From positions 1,890,001 through 1,922,000 of the forward strand of contig NZ_LT934425.1 in NCBI RefSeq assembly GCF_900232105.1: a stretch of 32,000 nucleotides of DNA, written 5' to 3'. Positions 16,607 to 26,584 of the stretch are shown piece after piece. How positions within the stretch are numbered: position 1 is the first letter of the stretch; every line of letters begins with the position of its first letter. A model generated the notes under the pieces. That model saw only the letters and a list, made by a program, of their open reading frames with translations. It did no database searches and was not told the DNA's origin. This stretch comes from Candidatus Kuenenia stuttgartensis (GTDB taxonomy: Bacteria; Planctomycetota; Brocadiia; Brocadiales; Brocadiaceae). A program made the position numbers and the translations under genes.

Positions 16607-17731
16607 TCAGTCTACATGTGCCATTCCACCTAAATGGCTTTGCAGGGTGTCATACGACGCGTAACATTTCCTGGCGAAACGTACCTGCCAATAAAAGCCT
16701 GCCTTTTCCTTCGATAGTATTTCAAAATGTACCTTGCGTTTCTGCAAATGATCCATCATCCGTTGAATGTTTTCCTCTTCACGAAAACGGAGAAGAAACT
16801 CTTCCCTGATAAGTTCTCCGTCCGCAGCCTTTTTCACACTTTCGTAAATGGGTTTTAATAATGCTTCACCCAGGGCAGTAAAATCTTTAGGGTTTAATTC
16901 ATGGGATTGCTCATAACGATACATAGCTGCCCGGATTATACGATGAGTAAAGTATTCTGACGCTATTTCCGCCATGAGTGGAGCGTTGCAGCGTATATCG
17001 CGCAGGCATGACCCGAAAGTAACATATTTCAGGGTCTTTTCTTCTTTACACGTTGGTTTGAAAACAATACCCTCGCTGCCTGCATCATCTAATTCTTTAA
17101 CAATCTCTTTTAGGGCAAGGATATCTGCAGAAGAAAAACGCCCGAATCGCCTTACGGTAGGCATGCCATATTTATCGAAGATTCGTAACCGCTCTTCAAC
17201 AGGAAGGTTTCGAGAAGTATTTTTCAGCATTAAATCAAAGGCAAAAAAGCGTATATCTTCCTTAACGTAAGGGGGACATTCAATATTGTAAGGATTATCG
17301 GGACCCGCAAATTCCCCGCAAACAATTAGGTCGGGGTGATCGGCAAATATTTTTTGTATATCCAGAAAATCAGCTATCCTGTCTGTAGAAAAGGGGCAAA
17401 CATATCCACCTCGTGAAAAGACGAGTACTTTTCCCCGGATACAAACAATTCTCACATTATAACCATCAACCTTTTCTTCAACATAAAAAGGTTGCGCATA
17501 CGCATTCTTTAATCCGTTCTCCAGATGCAATATTCTTGCAATCCTTGGAAAGTCAAAAATAATGCCCGCACAGGTAACGATTGAGCATTTTCCCAAAGGG
17601 CCGACCTTTCTCATTATCCGGTAATAGGAGATGCCCTCATACTCTTCTCTGGCAACATCATGTTTGTCAATAGATTCCTGCCACCGGTCTTCAGAAATGC
17701 CTGCTTTTTTGATGACTTCGGTTAATGACAT
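16607..17731 (-). CDS. ATP-dependent RNA ligase, Rnl3/Pab1020-like (archaeal-type)
   Basis: Nucleotidyltransferase motif I VEEKVDGYNVRI (KxDG), motif III-like FAFDLML, motif IV DAGSEGIVFKP, motif V LKYV; 374 aa with a helical C-terminal region. Confidence 0.78.
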   Translation of the reverse strand: MSLTEVIKKAGISEDRWQESIDKHDVAREEYEGISYYRIMRKVGPLGKCSIVTCAGIIFDFPRIARILHLENGLKNAYAQPFYVEEKVDGYNVRIVCIRGKVLVFSRGGYVCPFSTDRIADFLDIQKIFADHPDLIVCGEFAGPDNPYNIECPPYVKEDIRFFAFDLMLKNTSRNLPVEERLRIFDKYGMPTVRRFGRFSSADILALKEIVKELDDAGSEGIVFKPTCKEEKTLKYVTFGSCLRDIRCNAPLMAEIASEYFTHRIIRAAMYRYEQSHELNPKDFTALGEALLKPIYESVKKAADGELIREEFLLRFREEENIQRMMDHLQKRKVHFEILSKEKAGFYWQVRFARKCYASYDTLQSHLGGMAHVD

Positions 17732-18018
17732 AGTGAAATATCCGAAAAAAAAGGGGTTAAAAATAGCGGCGGAATGAAGCCTCTGTCTGATAAAAAGACC
17801 TTGAAAATATTCGATACATGATGTTACTTAACACCAAGCCTTTTATTCAAGGCAAAACTAGTGTATAATTTCAGCAAAACAAGTATTTTGCCCCCTTGTT
17901 TTTATTGTAACCTCAATATTTGTAAAAGGTTAAATTTATTGTCCGTTGTTTTTAATGTTGACTTGAAAAAAACATATTCGTATAATTGGCTAACGTTTTG
18001 TTGAATTATCAGGATAGT

Positions 18019-18056
18019 GTCCGGTAAAAAAATTTTTTACCGGACTCGCTTTTTTT
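18019..18056 (+). terminator. Strong hairpin plus T-tract between divergent genes
   Basis: GTCCGGTAAAAAA-A-TTTTTTACCGGAC (13-bp arms) followed by TCGCTTTTTTT. Confidence 0.65.
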
Positions 18057-18200
18057 ACAATCCCCTTGTTCCTCCCCCTTGTTCACTCACGTCTGCCATG
18101 CCCGGCATGGATAGAGGCAGGTTTTCTTACGAGGGATTTTGCTGCTTGCTTACTGCGTTGCGTTATGAAATAGGATTCAATCTTTTAAGGAAATAAAATT

Positions 18201-19676
18201 ATGTATATAATCCTTGGTTGCGATTGTGTTGCTAGGGCGTTGGTTAAAAATTTAAGCAAATCCGGTGAAGAGGAAATACTTGTAATAGACAAGGATGAAC
18301 AGGCCTTAAATGCCTTAAAAGAATTTAATATCACCACGATAACCGCAGATATTTATGACTACAACTTCAGTTCTTTGCCGGGGAAAGACCCCGTAGCCTT
18401 TATTATTTTACAAAAAAATCCTAAAGAAAACCTTGCCTTAATAAAACGCATCAAGGAATTATTCCCTGATAAATTTGTTTTAACGCAAGTGACAGACGAT
18501 AAAGAATCCTCTGAATCAATGGCTGCCGGAGCCGACCGTGCTGTTGAATCCGTCAGGATACTTTCGGATGCGATTCTCAATGAACTGGAATCTGCAAAAC
18601 TAAGAAGGTCTGCCTCGAAACTGGTTAAAGTTCTCCGGGAGGCAACGAATAACGGATTGGCTATTTTTTTACAGAACAATCCCGACCCCGATGCTATTGC
18701 CTCCGGGCTTGCGCTCAAACGTATTGCCGGGGAATACGGCATTAAATCAAAGATTTATTATGGGGGGAACATTGGCCATCAGGAAAATAAGGCGCTGGTC
18801 AATTTGTTGCAAACAGACCTTATCAGACTCAATACTCCCGACGAATCGCTAAGTATTATTAACTCTGTTGATAAAATAGCGTTAATAGAAGCCTCTATAC
18901 CTTCGAAAAATAATATATTGCCGCCCGATACGAACGTTCATGTCATTATAGATCATCACCAAACGGATATTAGCCTTGTAAAAGGGGAATTTGTTGAAAT
19001 AATGCCTGGTATTGGCGCCAATTCTTCCATTATGACAAGGTATTTAAGGTATCTGGGAATAGCGCCGGACGTTCCGCTTGCGACCGCACTTCGCTATGGT
19101 ATAAGAGTAGATACCAGTGGATTTACAAGGAACACAACCACTGAAGACCTTGACGCGGCAGCCTATCTTTCTCCATTGGTAGATGTGGGGCTCTTAAACC
19201 AAATTGAAAATCCCCCCATGAGCGCAGAAACGATGGATATCATTGGAAGAGCAATAAGAAACCGTGAAGTACGAGGGGCATACTTAACCTCATTCGTAGA
19301 ATTCATAACCGACCGCGATGCGCTACCGCAGGCAGCCGAACTGATGCTGCAAATGGAAGGTATTTCTACGGTGCTCGTCTTCGGCATTGACAAAGACAAG
19401 GTCCAGTTATCGGCGAGGAGTGTAGATTCCAGGATTAATCTCGCGTCATTATTGCAAAAAGCATTTGGCTTTATGAACGCGGGTGGGCATGCTACCATGG
19501 CTGCAGGCTGTATTGAACTTGGCATATTTGGAGATGTTACAGATAAAAGATCGCTTTCGAAAATCACTTTTGATGCTGTCAGAAAGAAGTTTTTCTCTGC
19601 CGCCGGAGTGGATATAGAGAAGAGAGAAATACCGGATGATCTGGAATCGATAATGAATTATAGCGTGAAAGATTAG
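18201..19676 (+). CDS. Fused TrkA-N (RCK_N) and DHH/DHHA1 phosphoesterase
   Basis: N-terminus MYIILGCDCVARALVKNLSKSGEEEILVIDKD (Rossmann TrkA-N); NPDPDAIASGLAL and IDHHQTD (DHH motifs); C-terminal GGHATMAAG (DHHA1). Confidence 0.85.
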   Translation: MYIILGCDCVARALVKNLSKSGEEEILVIDKDEQALNALKEFNITTITADIYDYNFSSLPGKDPVAFIILQKNPKENLALIKRIKELFPDKFVLTQVTDDKESSESMAAGADRAVESVRILSDAILNELESAKLRRSASKLVKVLREATNNGLAIFLQNNPDPDAIASGLALKRIAGEYGIKSKIYYGGNIGHQENKALVNLLQTDLIRLNTPDESLSIINSVDKIALIEASIPSKNNILPPDTNVHVIIDHHQTDISLVKGEFVEIMPGIGANSSIMTRYLRYLGIAPDVPLATALRYGIRVDTSGFTRNTTTEDLDAAAYLSPLVDVGLLNQIENPPMSAETMDIIGRAIRNREVRGAYLTSFVEFITDRDALPQAAELMLQMEGISTVLVFGIDKDKVQLSARSVDSRINLASLLQKAFGFMNAGGHATMAAGCIELGIFGDVTDKRSLSKITFDAVRKKFFSAAGVDIEKREIPDDLESIMNYSVKD

Positions 19677-19711
19677 TTATCTTTAATTTGTTAAAAAGGA
19701 GAAAAAAAGGA

Positions 19712-20560
19712 ATGAAAAAGGGCTATTTAGTGGTTGCCGCGTTAATAGGCATGTCGTTTTCCCTCGCATCTTGCGTTTCCACGCAAACACAGGTGGAAGA
19801 AGAGGCGCCGGAAGTAAAGATAGAAGTTGTGCCTTATGACGCTCCTGCGGTAGAAACGGCGGAACCTGTTGCTGAACCAGTGGAAATAGAAGGGATCGTT
19901 GAAGAGGAAGAAATAACGGAAGTGGCTCCTGCGGAAGAAACAGTAGAAGCTGTTCCGGAACCGGTAGAAGCAGAAACAATAGAAGAAGCGGCAGAACCTT
20001 TAGGGGTTAAAGTACCGGAAGAAGATGTTGTGACAGAGGAGAAGAAAGAAGAAGTCGTGACAGAAACACCTTCTGCCGCAAAAACGGAGGTGTCTGCTGC
20101 AAAAACAAGCACCTGTTCCATATGTGGCAAAGTCGTGGGAGAAAATCATATATGCGGCATTACTACCTATTGCAGTCAATGCGGAAGGGAAGCAGGTTCC
20201 GGGCATATTTGCGGCACAACGCAATTTTGCCATGAATGCGTCGAAGAAGTTGGACCTAATCATATCTGTGATTTGACATTTTTTTGTCCCGATTGCAAAA
20301 AAGAGGTGGGAGATGGGCATATTTGCAACGTAACAACACTTTGTCTGAACTGCGAGGAGGAAGTAGGCGCTGGACATATTTGTGATTTAACGTATTATTG
20401 TTACGAGTGTGAAAAAGAAGTCGGGGATGAACACATTTGCGGCCTTACCCATTTCTGCTATGCCTGCAAGGAGGAGGTGGGCGAGGGTCACAAGTGCGGT
20501 GTAACGTATTTTTGTTTTGAATGCGAAAAGGAAGTAAGTAAGGACCACAAGCACGAGTAA
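19712..20560 (+). CDS. Lipoprotein with Glu-rich linker and eight tandem Cys/His units (CxxC-x7-HxC)
   Basis: ATG 19712 with AAAGGAG upstream; signal plus LASC lipobox; seven full C-x2-C-x7-H-x-C units at 19-aa spacing and a terminal variant (CFECEKEVSKDHKHE). Confidence 0.85.
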   Translation: MKKGYLVVAALIGMSFSLASCVSTQTQVEEEAPEVKIEVVPYDAPAVETAEPVAEPVEIEGIVEEEEITEVAPAEETVEAVPEPVEAETIEEAAEPLGVKVPEEDVVTEEKKEEVVTETPSAAKTEVSAAKTSTCSICGKVVGENHICGITTYCSQCGREAGSGHICGTTQFCHECVEEVGPNHICDLTFFCPDCKKEVGDGHICNVTTLCLNCEEEVGAGHICDLTYYCYECEKEVGDEHICGLTHFCYACKEEVGEGHKCGVTYFCFECEKEVSKDHKHE

Positions 20561-20586
20561 ATACAAATATAAATGGATTTCGGAGA

Positions 20587-20624
20587 CTCCGTATTGCGCT
20601 TAATGTATCAAGTGCAATACGGAG
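20587..20624 (+). terminator. 15-bp hairpin downstream of the Cys/His-repeat lipoprotein (terminator or regulatory hairpin, no clear T-tract)
   Basis: CTCCGTATTGCGCTT / AAGTGCAATACGGAG with one G-U-type mismatch and an 8-nt loop. Confidence 0.5.
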
Positions 20625-20903
20625 GTACCTTCCCATAAGCATTAAGTTGTTTTTGATATTTTTTAAATGGACTCCAATAACTAATATCGAACAAGGAATA
20701 TCGAATTATGAAGTTTTCTTATACTTCGATATTCGTTATTCATTAGCTTCTATTTGCGTGTATCGCGGTTAATAAAATAACCGCCAATGAACGCTAATAA
20801 ACGTGCATATGGAAATTTTATAAGAGGAACCCTTCCCCAGGTCATCGATCCAATCCAGCGCCTTTCATTGACAAATCGCAATTAACCTATACCCGATAAG
20901 CAA

Positions 20904-21392
20904 TCACTTTTCAATGATGAGTAACAATCCGCAGTCAGGGCATTCTTTCGTATCAGCACGAATACTATAACCGCAAGCAGGGCATCTTCCCAGCGATTCC
21001 CAGTCTTTAGAAGCCTTGATTTCAGGATACTTTTGTGTATGGAATTCCTCAATACAGTTATGTGCGGCGAGTGCATCCCCTTTTGTTGTCAAGAGAAGAT
21101 ACCGGCATCCACACTTTCCCGTACTACAGCCAGGGGCTAAGACAATTTTAGAAAAAAACCCTTTTCTTAAAAGTAAATCCGATAACTCACGAACGCTTTC
21201 TCTCCCTTCTTCCCTGATGGTGACCAATTCATCGTGGTGAGACGCGGGAATGTCCGGCTTTTTCTTTCTTTCTTTTTCAACCTCTTCCGGCATTATCAGG
21301 AGAACTCCGCAGTCGGCGCATAAAGAAATATGCGCATAATACTCGGATTCGCATTTTGGGCAAATTTTTACATTTTCAGTAGTCATGAACAA
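20904..21392 (-). CDS. Zinc-ribbon protein (two CxxC...CxxC elements), function unknown
   Basis: CPKCESEYYAHISLCADCG at the N-terminus and CPACGYSIRADTKECPDCG at the C-terminus. Confidence 0.7.
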   Translation of the reverse strand: MFMTTENVKICPKCESEYYAHISLCADCGVLLIMPEEVEKERKKKPDIPASHHDELVTIREEGRESVRELSDLLLRKGFFSKIVLAPGCSTGKCGCRYLLLTTKGDALAAHNCIEEFHTQKYPEIKASKDWESLGRCPACGYSIRADTKECPDCGLLLIIEK

Positions 21393-21514
21393 TTAACCAA
21401 AAAACACTATTACAAAAAGTCTCTGCCAGTTTAAATTATACATAGAGCGATAACGCCGCAATCAATGGGATTTTAACCGCAAAGCACACGCGCGTACACA
21501 AAGTTCGTCAATGT

Positions 21515-23527
21515 TTATATACCCCACTTTTTTTCAATCTCATTTAAAATATTTTTTGTGGTAAATCCAAAGTGTTCTGCCAGGGCCTTTGCGGGAGCAG
21601 ATGCACCAAAGTGGTCAATTCCGATGATAAGGCCATTGATGCCAGTAAATTCATGCCAGATTCCTTTTGCCGCTGCTTCAATGGAGACACGCCTTGTACA
21701 TGACGGTGGAAGGATATTGTCTTTATATGCCTCCGGGTTGTTCCTGAATAATTCTAAACAAGGAAAGCTTACGAGACGTGCAGCAACGCCCTTTTCCTGC
21801 AGTTTTAGTGTTGCTTCAAGGGCGATTGATACCTCGGACCCAGACGCCATGAGGATTATATCCGGAGTACCCATGGAATCCTTTAGTATGTAGGCGCCGT
21901 GTTTTAATCCCTCTGACGAAGGATACACAGAGCGGTCAATAACCGGAATATTCTGGCGGGTAAGTATCAGTGCTGTTGGACCGTTTTTGTGATTCAGCGC
22001 CGTTATCCAGGCCGCAGCCGTTTCGGTTGCGTCCGAAGGCCTTATTGTCAACAGGTTTGGAATAAGCCTCAAGGAGGGTAGCTGTTCAATCGGCTGATGC
22101 GTTGGGCCGTCTTCTCCGAGAAATATGCTGTCATGGGTAAATACATAAATTACCTGAAGCTTCATCAACGCAGCAAGCCGGATAGAAGGTCTCATGTAGT
22201 CGGAAAATATCAGAAACGTGGAACCATGGGGAATAATGCCGCCATAAAGCGCCATGCCGTTGAGAACAGCGCCCATGGCGTGTTCTCTAACCCCGAAGTG
22301 GATATTTTTTCCAATAAATGAATTTTTGTTGATGGCAGGCGACCCCTTAATAAACGTTTTAGTGGAGGGGTTAAGATCGGCAGAGCCGCCGATGAAGGAC
22401 GGTATTTGCTGTGCAATTATCTGCATCATATCTCCGGAAGCAGCCCTTGTTGCGACTGAATCTTTTTTGATGGTCTCAAGCAGCTTAGATTCAAGGTTGT
22501 CCGGGATAGCTTTATTCATATAAGCATTCCACTCTCCGGAAAAATCCGGATCCTCTTTTAAGCGGGTATGAAAGGCATTTTGCCAGTTTTCGTAAACATC
22601 TTTTAACTCTTTTACGCGGCTAGCGCATAGTTGCCTTACTTCATCAGGAACGTAAAAAGCCGGGTTTTTTGACCAGCCGATATTTTCCTTTGTTAATGCA
22701 AGTTCTTTTTCTCCAAGCGGCTCCCCGTGAGCGGACGCATTGTTCTGCTTATTCGGACTCCCTTTTCCAATATGGGTTGTCGCGATAATAAGAGAGGGTC
22801 TTTCTTTTTCATTTTGAGCAGATTGTATGGCATTCGCAATTTCATTATGATTGTGCCCGTCAATTTTAAAAACCTTCCATGAGTATGCTTCAAAACGTTT
22901 TGCCACGTCTTCTGTAAAAGCAAGTGAGGTGTTTCCCTCTATCGTGATGTGGTTGTTGTCGTAAAGGTAGATAATGTTGGAAAGCCCAAGATGCCCCGCA
23001 ATGGAAGCAGCCTCGGAGGAAATTCCTTCCATCAGATCTCCATCGCTTACAACCCCGTAAATGGTGTGACCGATAATTTTTTTGCCAACTTTATTAAACC
23101 GTGCCGCAAGCAAACGTTCTGCTATTGCCATTCCAACGCCATTTGCAAATCCTTGCCCCAAAGGGCCTGTAGTGACTTCCACGCCAGGGGTATGGCCGTA
23201 TTCCGGATGTCCCGGTGTTTTACTGTTAAGCTGCCGGAATTGTTTTATTTCATCCAGCGACAGGTCATATCCATAGAGGTGCAATAAGGAATAGAGCAGC
23301 ATAGAACCATGGCCTGCGGAAAGGATAAACCGGTCCCGGTTGGGCCAATTCGGGTCTTCCGGATTAAATTGTAAAAACTGTGTCCAAAGAACAAACGCAA
23401 CATCCGCACACCCCATAGGCAATCCCGGATGCCCTGATTGCGCCTTTTCAACTGCGTCGGCGGAAAGCATTTTTAATGTATTGACTGCAAGTTCTGCTGT
23501 TTCTTTTTGTATGGCGCTTATTTTCAT
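21515..23527 (-). CDS. tkt: Transketolase
   Basis: 670 aa; [58 protein letters not shown]. Confidence 0.96.
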   Translation of the reverse strand: MKISAIQKETAELAVNTLKMLSADAVEKAQSGHPGLPMGCADVAFVLWTQFLQFNPEDPNWPNRDRFILSAGHGSMLLYSLLHLYGYDLSLDEIKQFRQLNSKTPGHPEYGHTPGVEVTTGPLGQGFANGVGMAIAERLLAARFNKVGKKIIGHTIYGVVSDGDLMEGISSEAASIAGHLGLSNIIYLYDNNHITIEGNTSLAFTEDVAKRFEAYSWKVFKIDGHNHNEIANAIQSAQNEKERPSLIIATTHIGKGSPNKQNNASAHGEPLGEKELALTKENIGWSKNPAFYVPDEVRQLCASRVKELKDVYENWQNAFHTRLKEDPDFSGEWNAYMNKAIPDNLESKLLETIKKDSVATRAASGDMMQIIAQQIPSFIGGSADLNPSTKTFIKGSPAINKNSFIGKNIHFGVREHAMGAVLNGMALYGGIIPHGSTFLIFSDYMRPSIRLAALMKLQVIYVFTHDSIFLGEDGPTHQPIEQLPSLRLIPNLLTIRPSDATETAAAWITALNHKNGPTALILTRQNIPVIDRSVYPSSEGLKHGAYILKDSMGTPDIILMASGSEVSIALEATLKLQEKGVAARLVSFPCLELFRNNPEAYKDNILPPSCTRRVSIEAAAKGIWHEFTGINGLIIGIDHFGASAPAKALAEHFGFTTKNILNEIEKKWGI

Positions 23528-23528
23528 G

Positions 23529-24344
23529 TTATAATAATTCTCCCAATTTTTTAGATTTTAAAGCGGCGGCTTCTACTGCATTTATGACAGCGGCACGTAA
23601 TCCGCCATCTTCTAATTTGCTCACACCTTCAATAGTTGTTCCTGCAGGCGAGGTGACGGCGTCCTTTAACTGTGCGGGATGTTGCCCGGTTTCCAGCACC
23701 ATTTTTGCTGCGCCCAATGCTGTCTGCGCCGCAAGGGCCGTTGCTATTTCTCTTGGAAGTCCCATTTTTACCCCGCCGTCTGATAATGCCTCAATAAACA
23801 TATACACATAGGCAGGCCCGCTCCCGCTTACCCCTGTAACTGCATCCAAATATTTTTCCTCAAGTTGAAAAACCTTTCCGACGGCATTAAATATCGCGTG
23901 CGCCAATTTCTTATCACCTTCCGTTGTATGTTTCCCTGGTGCAAAGGCCGTCGCCGAAGAGGCAATCAGGCATGGTGTATTAGGCATGACCCTGATAACA
24001 CGAACGTTTTCTCTGAGTTTTGATTCAATAAAATGCAGGGGAATGCCTGCAGCGATGGATATGATTAAATGACGGGGAGTTATGTCGTTTTTTATATTCT
24101 CAAGCGCTTCACCGATAATTTGCGGTTTCACCGCGAGGATAATAACGTCTGCAAAGGCGGCAATATCATGATTGTCTTGTGTAGTTTGGACGCCAATTTC
24201 TTCTTTTAATAAACGGCATCGCTCTGCAAGGACATCGCTAACAATAATGTTGCTGCCGGCGCTAAGGCCTGCCCTGATAATGCCTTTGCAAAGCGCCTCC
24301 GCCATCTTACCGCCGCCGATAAAGCCGAACTTTTCTTTTAACAT
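23529..24344 (-). CDS. proC: Pyrroline-5-carboxylate reductase
   Basis: 271 aa; [65 protein letters not shown]. Confidence 0.95.
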   Translation of the reverse strand: MLKEKFGFIGGGKMAEALCKGIIRAGLSAGSNIIVSDVLAERCRLLKEEIGVQTTQDNHDIAAFADVIILAVKPQIIGEALENIKNDITPRHLIISIAAGIPLHFIESKLRENVRVIRVMPNTPCLIASSATAFAPGKHTTEGDKKLAHAIFNAVGKVFQLEEKYLDAVTGVSGSGPAYVYMFIEALSDGGVKMGLPREIATALAAQTALGAAKMVLETGQHPAQLKDAVTSPAGTTIEGVSKLEDGGLRAAVINAVEAAALKSKKLGELL

Positions 24345-24587
24345 TACGCATTTCCTGAATAATTTAATTTTTGAAACACCTTAGTGTGTTTGAGGAGATT
24401 GTTTTATTCCCGCTATCTGGAGAAAAAAATAAGGGATTAATTTTCACCCGTGGATTATATCGCAGAATAAAAAAAGGTCAAGGATGGATTGCCCGATACT
24501 GCATGAGGATGAAAAGTCGATTTCACACACCTGAAAATACCTTTTATCCGCAGATATAGGTAGAGTCGCGCAGATAAAAAACTTCTT

Positions 24588-24611
24588 GCAACACTTTGGT
24601 CTTTCGAAAAA
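24588..24611 (+). repeat. 24-nt intergenic motif copy D
   Basis: GCAACACTTTGGTCTTTCGAAAAA. Confidence 0.65.
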
Positions 24612-24787
24612 CATATTACCGATAGGCTCCGCAGGAGCGACCTGTCTCACTGTCAATCATATGCAGGCCGATGCCAGGAGTAAAGACTTGACCCTTTTCA
24701 TGGTTTCTTGTTGATATATGTGTTTTGAGGTGATATAACTCTTTATAAACCAATGCTTAATGTCTTACTTTTTGGCTTCCCGTTCCC

Positions 24788-26491
24788 TATAGTATTACCC
24801 TGTAAAAACTTCTTTTTTTGTAAGTTTTCCTTCGTGTTCTTTGTACTACTATCCATCAATTTCTTGTTTTTTATGCGTGTTTTTCATGCCGCCATTTCCG
24901 TAAGTGCTTTAATATCAAGGGCTGAAGCGGTCATCAGTGAACAAGAGAACTTCTGGCCTTTCTCCGTCAAAACATAGCGGTTGGCCCTCGGAACTTTGCG
25001 GATTAGACCGTGTGCCCGCAGCATCTTTATCCGTCGGGTCGTTCGTCCGGAATATTTCTTTTGCTGATCCTTGCCGGATTGTTCGGATTCCCGGTAAAGC
25101 CACTTACGCAAATCATGGTTGCGGAATCCATTTATCGCGTTTTCGCCTTTGGACAGGAACATCAGCATCTGGTAATCATCCTGCTGCCAGGGATTCAAAC
25201 CTCGATACCTCTTGCCCTCTTTGACAACCTTGTTACAAGCGCTGCTCACCACTTCTTTCAGTTTCTCCTCTACCTGAGCCGCCGCCAAAGCATCCCCATA
25301 ACGATCATTGCATTGTTGGCTCACCTCACACCGTCGATGAAGATCGCTTACGCCCTTACGCATCTTCTGCCATGACGCCGGTTTGCCTTCATCATCATTG
25401 GGACTCCGAAAGACCTTAAAGTCCCGCGTATTATTGATCGTTGTCTCAATACGCAAGAGACTACCGCTCTTGTTATACATCTTCACTGAATTATAATTCA
25501 CACTGTGCTTGACCCGTATACCTTCATAGCGTCTTCGATAGTCGCTGATAACCTCATCAGGGGCAGCGCCTGCAAGGTTACGCCTACCCAAATACTTCAT
25601 CACCGAAGAACTGTCGCAAACCCGCATCGCATGATGAACAAACGATGGAAACAACTCCTCCAATGCCTCAACCGATTTAAACATGATGTCCGTCGCCCAC
25701 TCCGTCTCATCCGCAGACCAGTAATACTCCGGTTCCAACGGACGAAGAATCTGCGACAATGCCGGGCAACTGCCCAACGCAAGCCCGTTCAGCAGCTTCG
25801 CCCAGTCAGTCTTAAGCTGCTCATGGAGCAGAACCTGCGCAGCCGCAATATCCTCTATACGCACAAAACAGTTGCCGTCCTTAACATAATCAATACCTTG
25901 CTTCTGAAGTTGCCGCTCCAGCCAATGACGACCATTGAGACAAATGAAAATATTAAACGGCGCCCAACTCTGGATACGAACATGACCAAAACCAAACACT
26001 GGATCGTTAAAATAATGATACACAAAGACACACTTGCGGGGCGCCATTACCAACTCGAGCTTCTTGCTGGCCTTGTTGCCCTTGACCATCGGCGCAATAC
26101 AAGGCTCTACCACACTCAACAGGCAGATGGAACCTTCCGTAATCCTCTTATCCGCCGCGATCTGGCGAGCCAACTTCTCCTTATCAACACCGCTGCTCAT
26201 CAAATACCGCACCTCGATACCCAAATCTTTCGCCCGCGATTCACAACTGTCTCGCACCTGTGCCGTAAGCCCATTGACCCAACCGGAAAAATCCTTAAGC
26301 AGAATTCTCGCTTGGTTCATGAATGTTCCCATCCCACGCTCACTGGCCAACCACCGCAATGTCCCGCGAAAACGAATCCTGTCCAGACCGCTTATTGCAC
26401 CCACGATCCTGTCTCGATATAATTCCATCAACTTATTCATAAGTAGTGTCCTCCAAATTGTCTGATTACTATTTACGAGGATACTACTATA
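24788..26491 (-). mobile_element. Candidate uncharacterised ~1.7 kb mobile element
   Basis: A single ORF flanked by imperfect inverted repeats: TATAGTATTACCCTGTAAA (24788) and, on the minus strand from 26491, TATAGTAGTATCCTCGTAAA. It sits between proC and the grpE-like gene. No target duplication was identified. Confidence 0.4.
24884..26440 (-). CDS. 518-aa protein of unknown function, candidate transposase/recombinase-type protein with winged-helix-like C-terminus
   Basis: MNKLMELYRDRIVGAISGLDRIRFRGTLRWL...; C-terminal SGRTTRRIKMLRAHGLIRKVPRANRYVLTEKGQK resembles a wHTH. Confidence 0.6.
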   Translation of the reverse strand: MNKLMELYRDRIVGAISGLDRIRFRGTLRWLASERGMGTFMNQARILLKDFSGWVNGLTAQVRDSCESRAKDLGIEVRYLMSSGVDKEKLARQIAADKRITEGSICLLSVVEPCIAPMVKGNKASKKLELVMAPRKCVFVYHYFNDPVFGFGHVRIQSWAPFNIFICLNGRHWLERQLQKQGIDYVKDGNCFVRIEDIAAAQVLLHEQLKTDWAKLLNGLALGSCPALSQILRPLEPEYYWSADETEWATDIMFKSVEALEELFPSFVHHAMRVCDSSSVMKYLGRRNLAGAAPDEVISDYRRRYEGIRVKHSVNYNSVKMYNKSGSLLRIETTINNTRDFKVFRSPNDDEGKPASWQKMRKGVSDLHRRCEVSQQCNDRYGDALAAAQVEEKLKEVVSSACNKVVKEGKRYRGLNPWQQDDYQMLMFLSKGENAINGFRNHDLRKWLYRESEQSGKDQQKKYSGRTTRRIKMLRAHGLIRKVPRANRYVLTEKGQKFSCSLMTASALDIKALTEMAA

Positions 26492-26565
26492 CTTTATAAT
26501 AAACTAAAAATCACCTTTTTGGTTGCGGCCAAAGGCCGCGCTAGGCCCTTTGTGGTTAAAGGACA

Positions 26566-26584
26566 GACGCACGGCCGGTGCGTC
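26566..26584. repeat. Short hairpin upstream of the chaperone-like operon
   Basis: GACGCAC-GGCCG-GTGCGTC. Confidence 0.6.

Noticed and set aside
19712-20560. 57-bp periodicity considered as a CRISPR-like or noncoding tandem repeat
   Set aside because: The repeat is in frame, codes for conserved Cys/His spacing with synonymous variation, and lies in a clear signal-peptide-bearing ORF.
25505-26422. 305-aa plus-strand ORF opposite 24884..26440
   Set aside because: Antisense to a longer ORF with protein-like composition; the translation resembles no family and has typical shadow-ORF composition.
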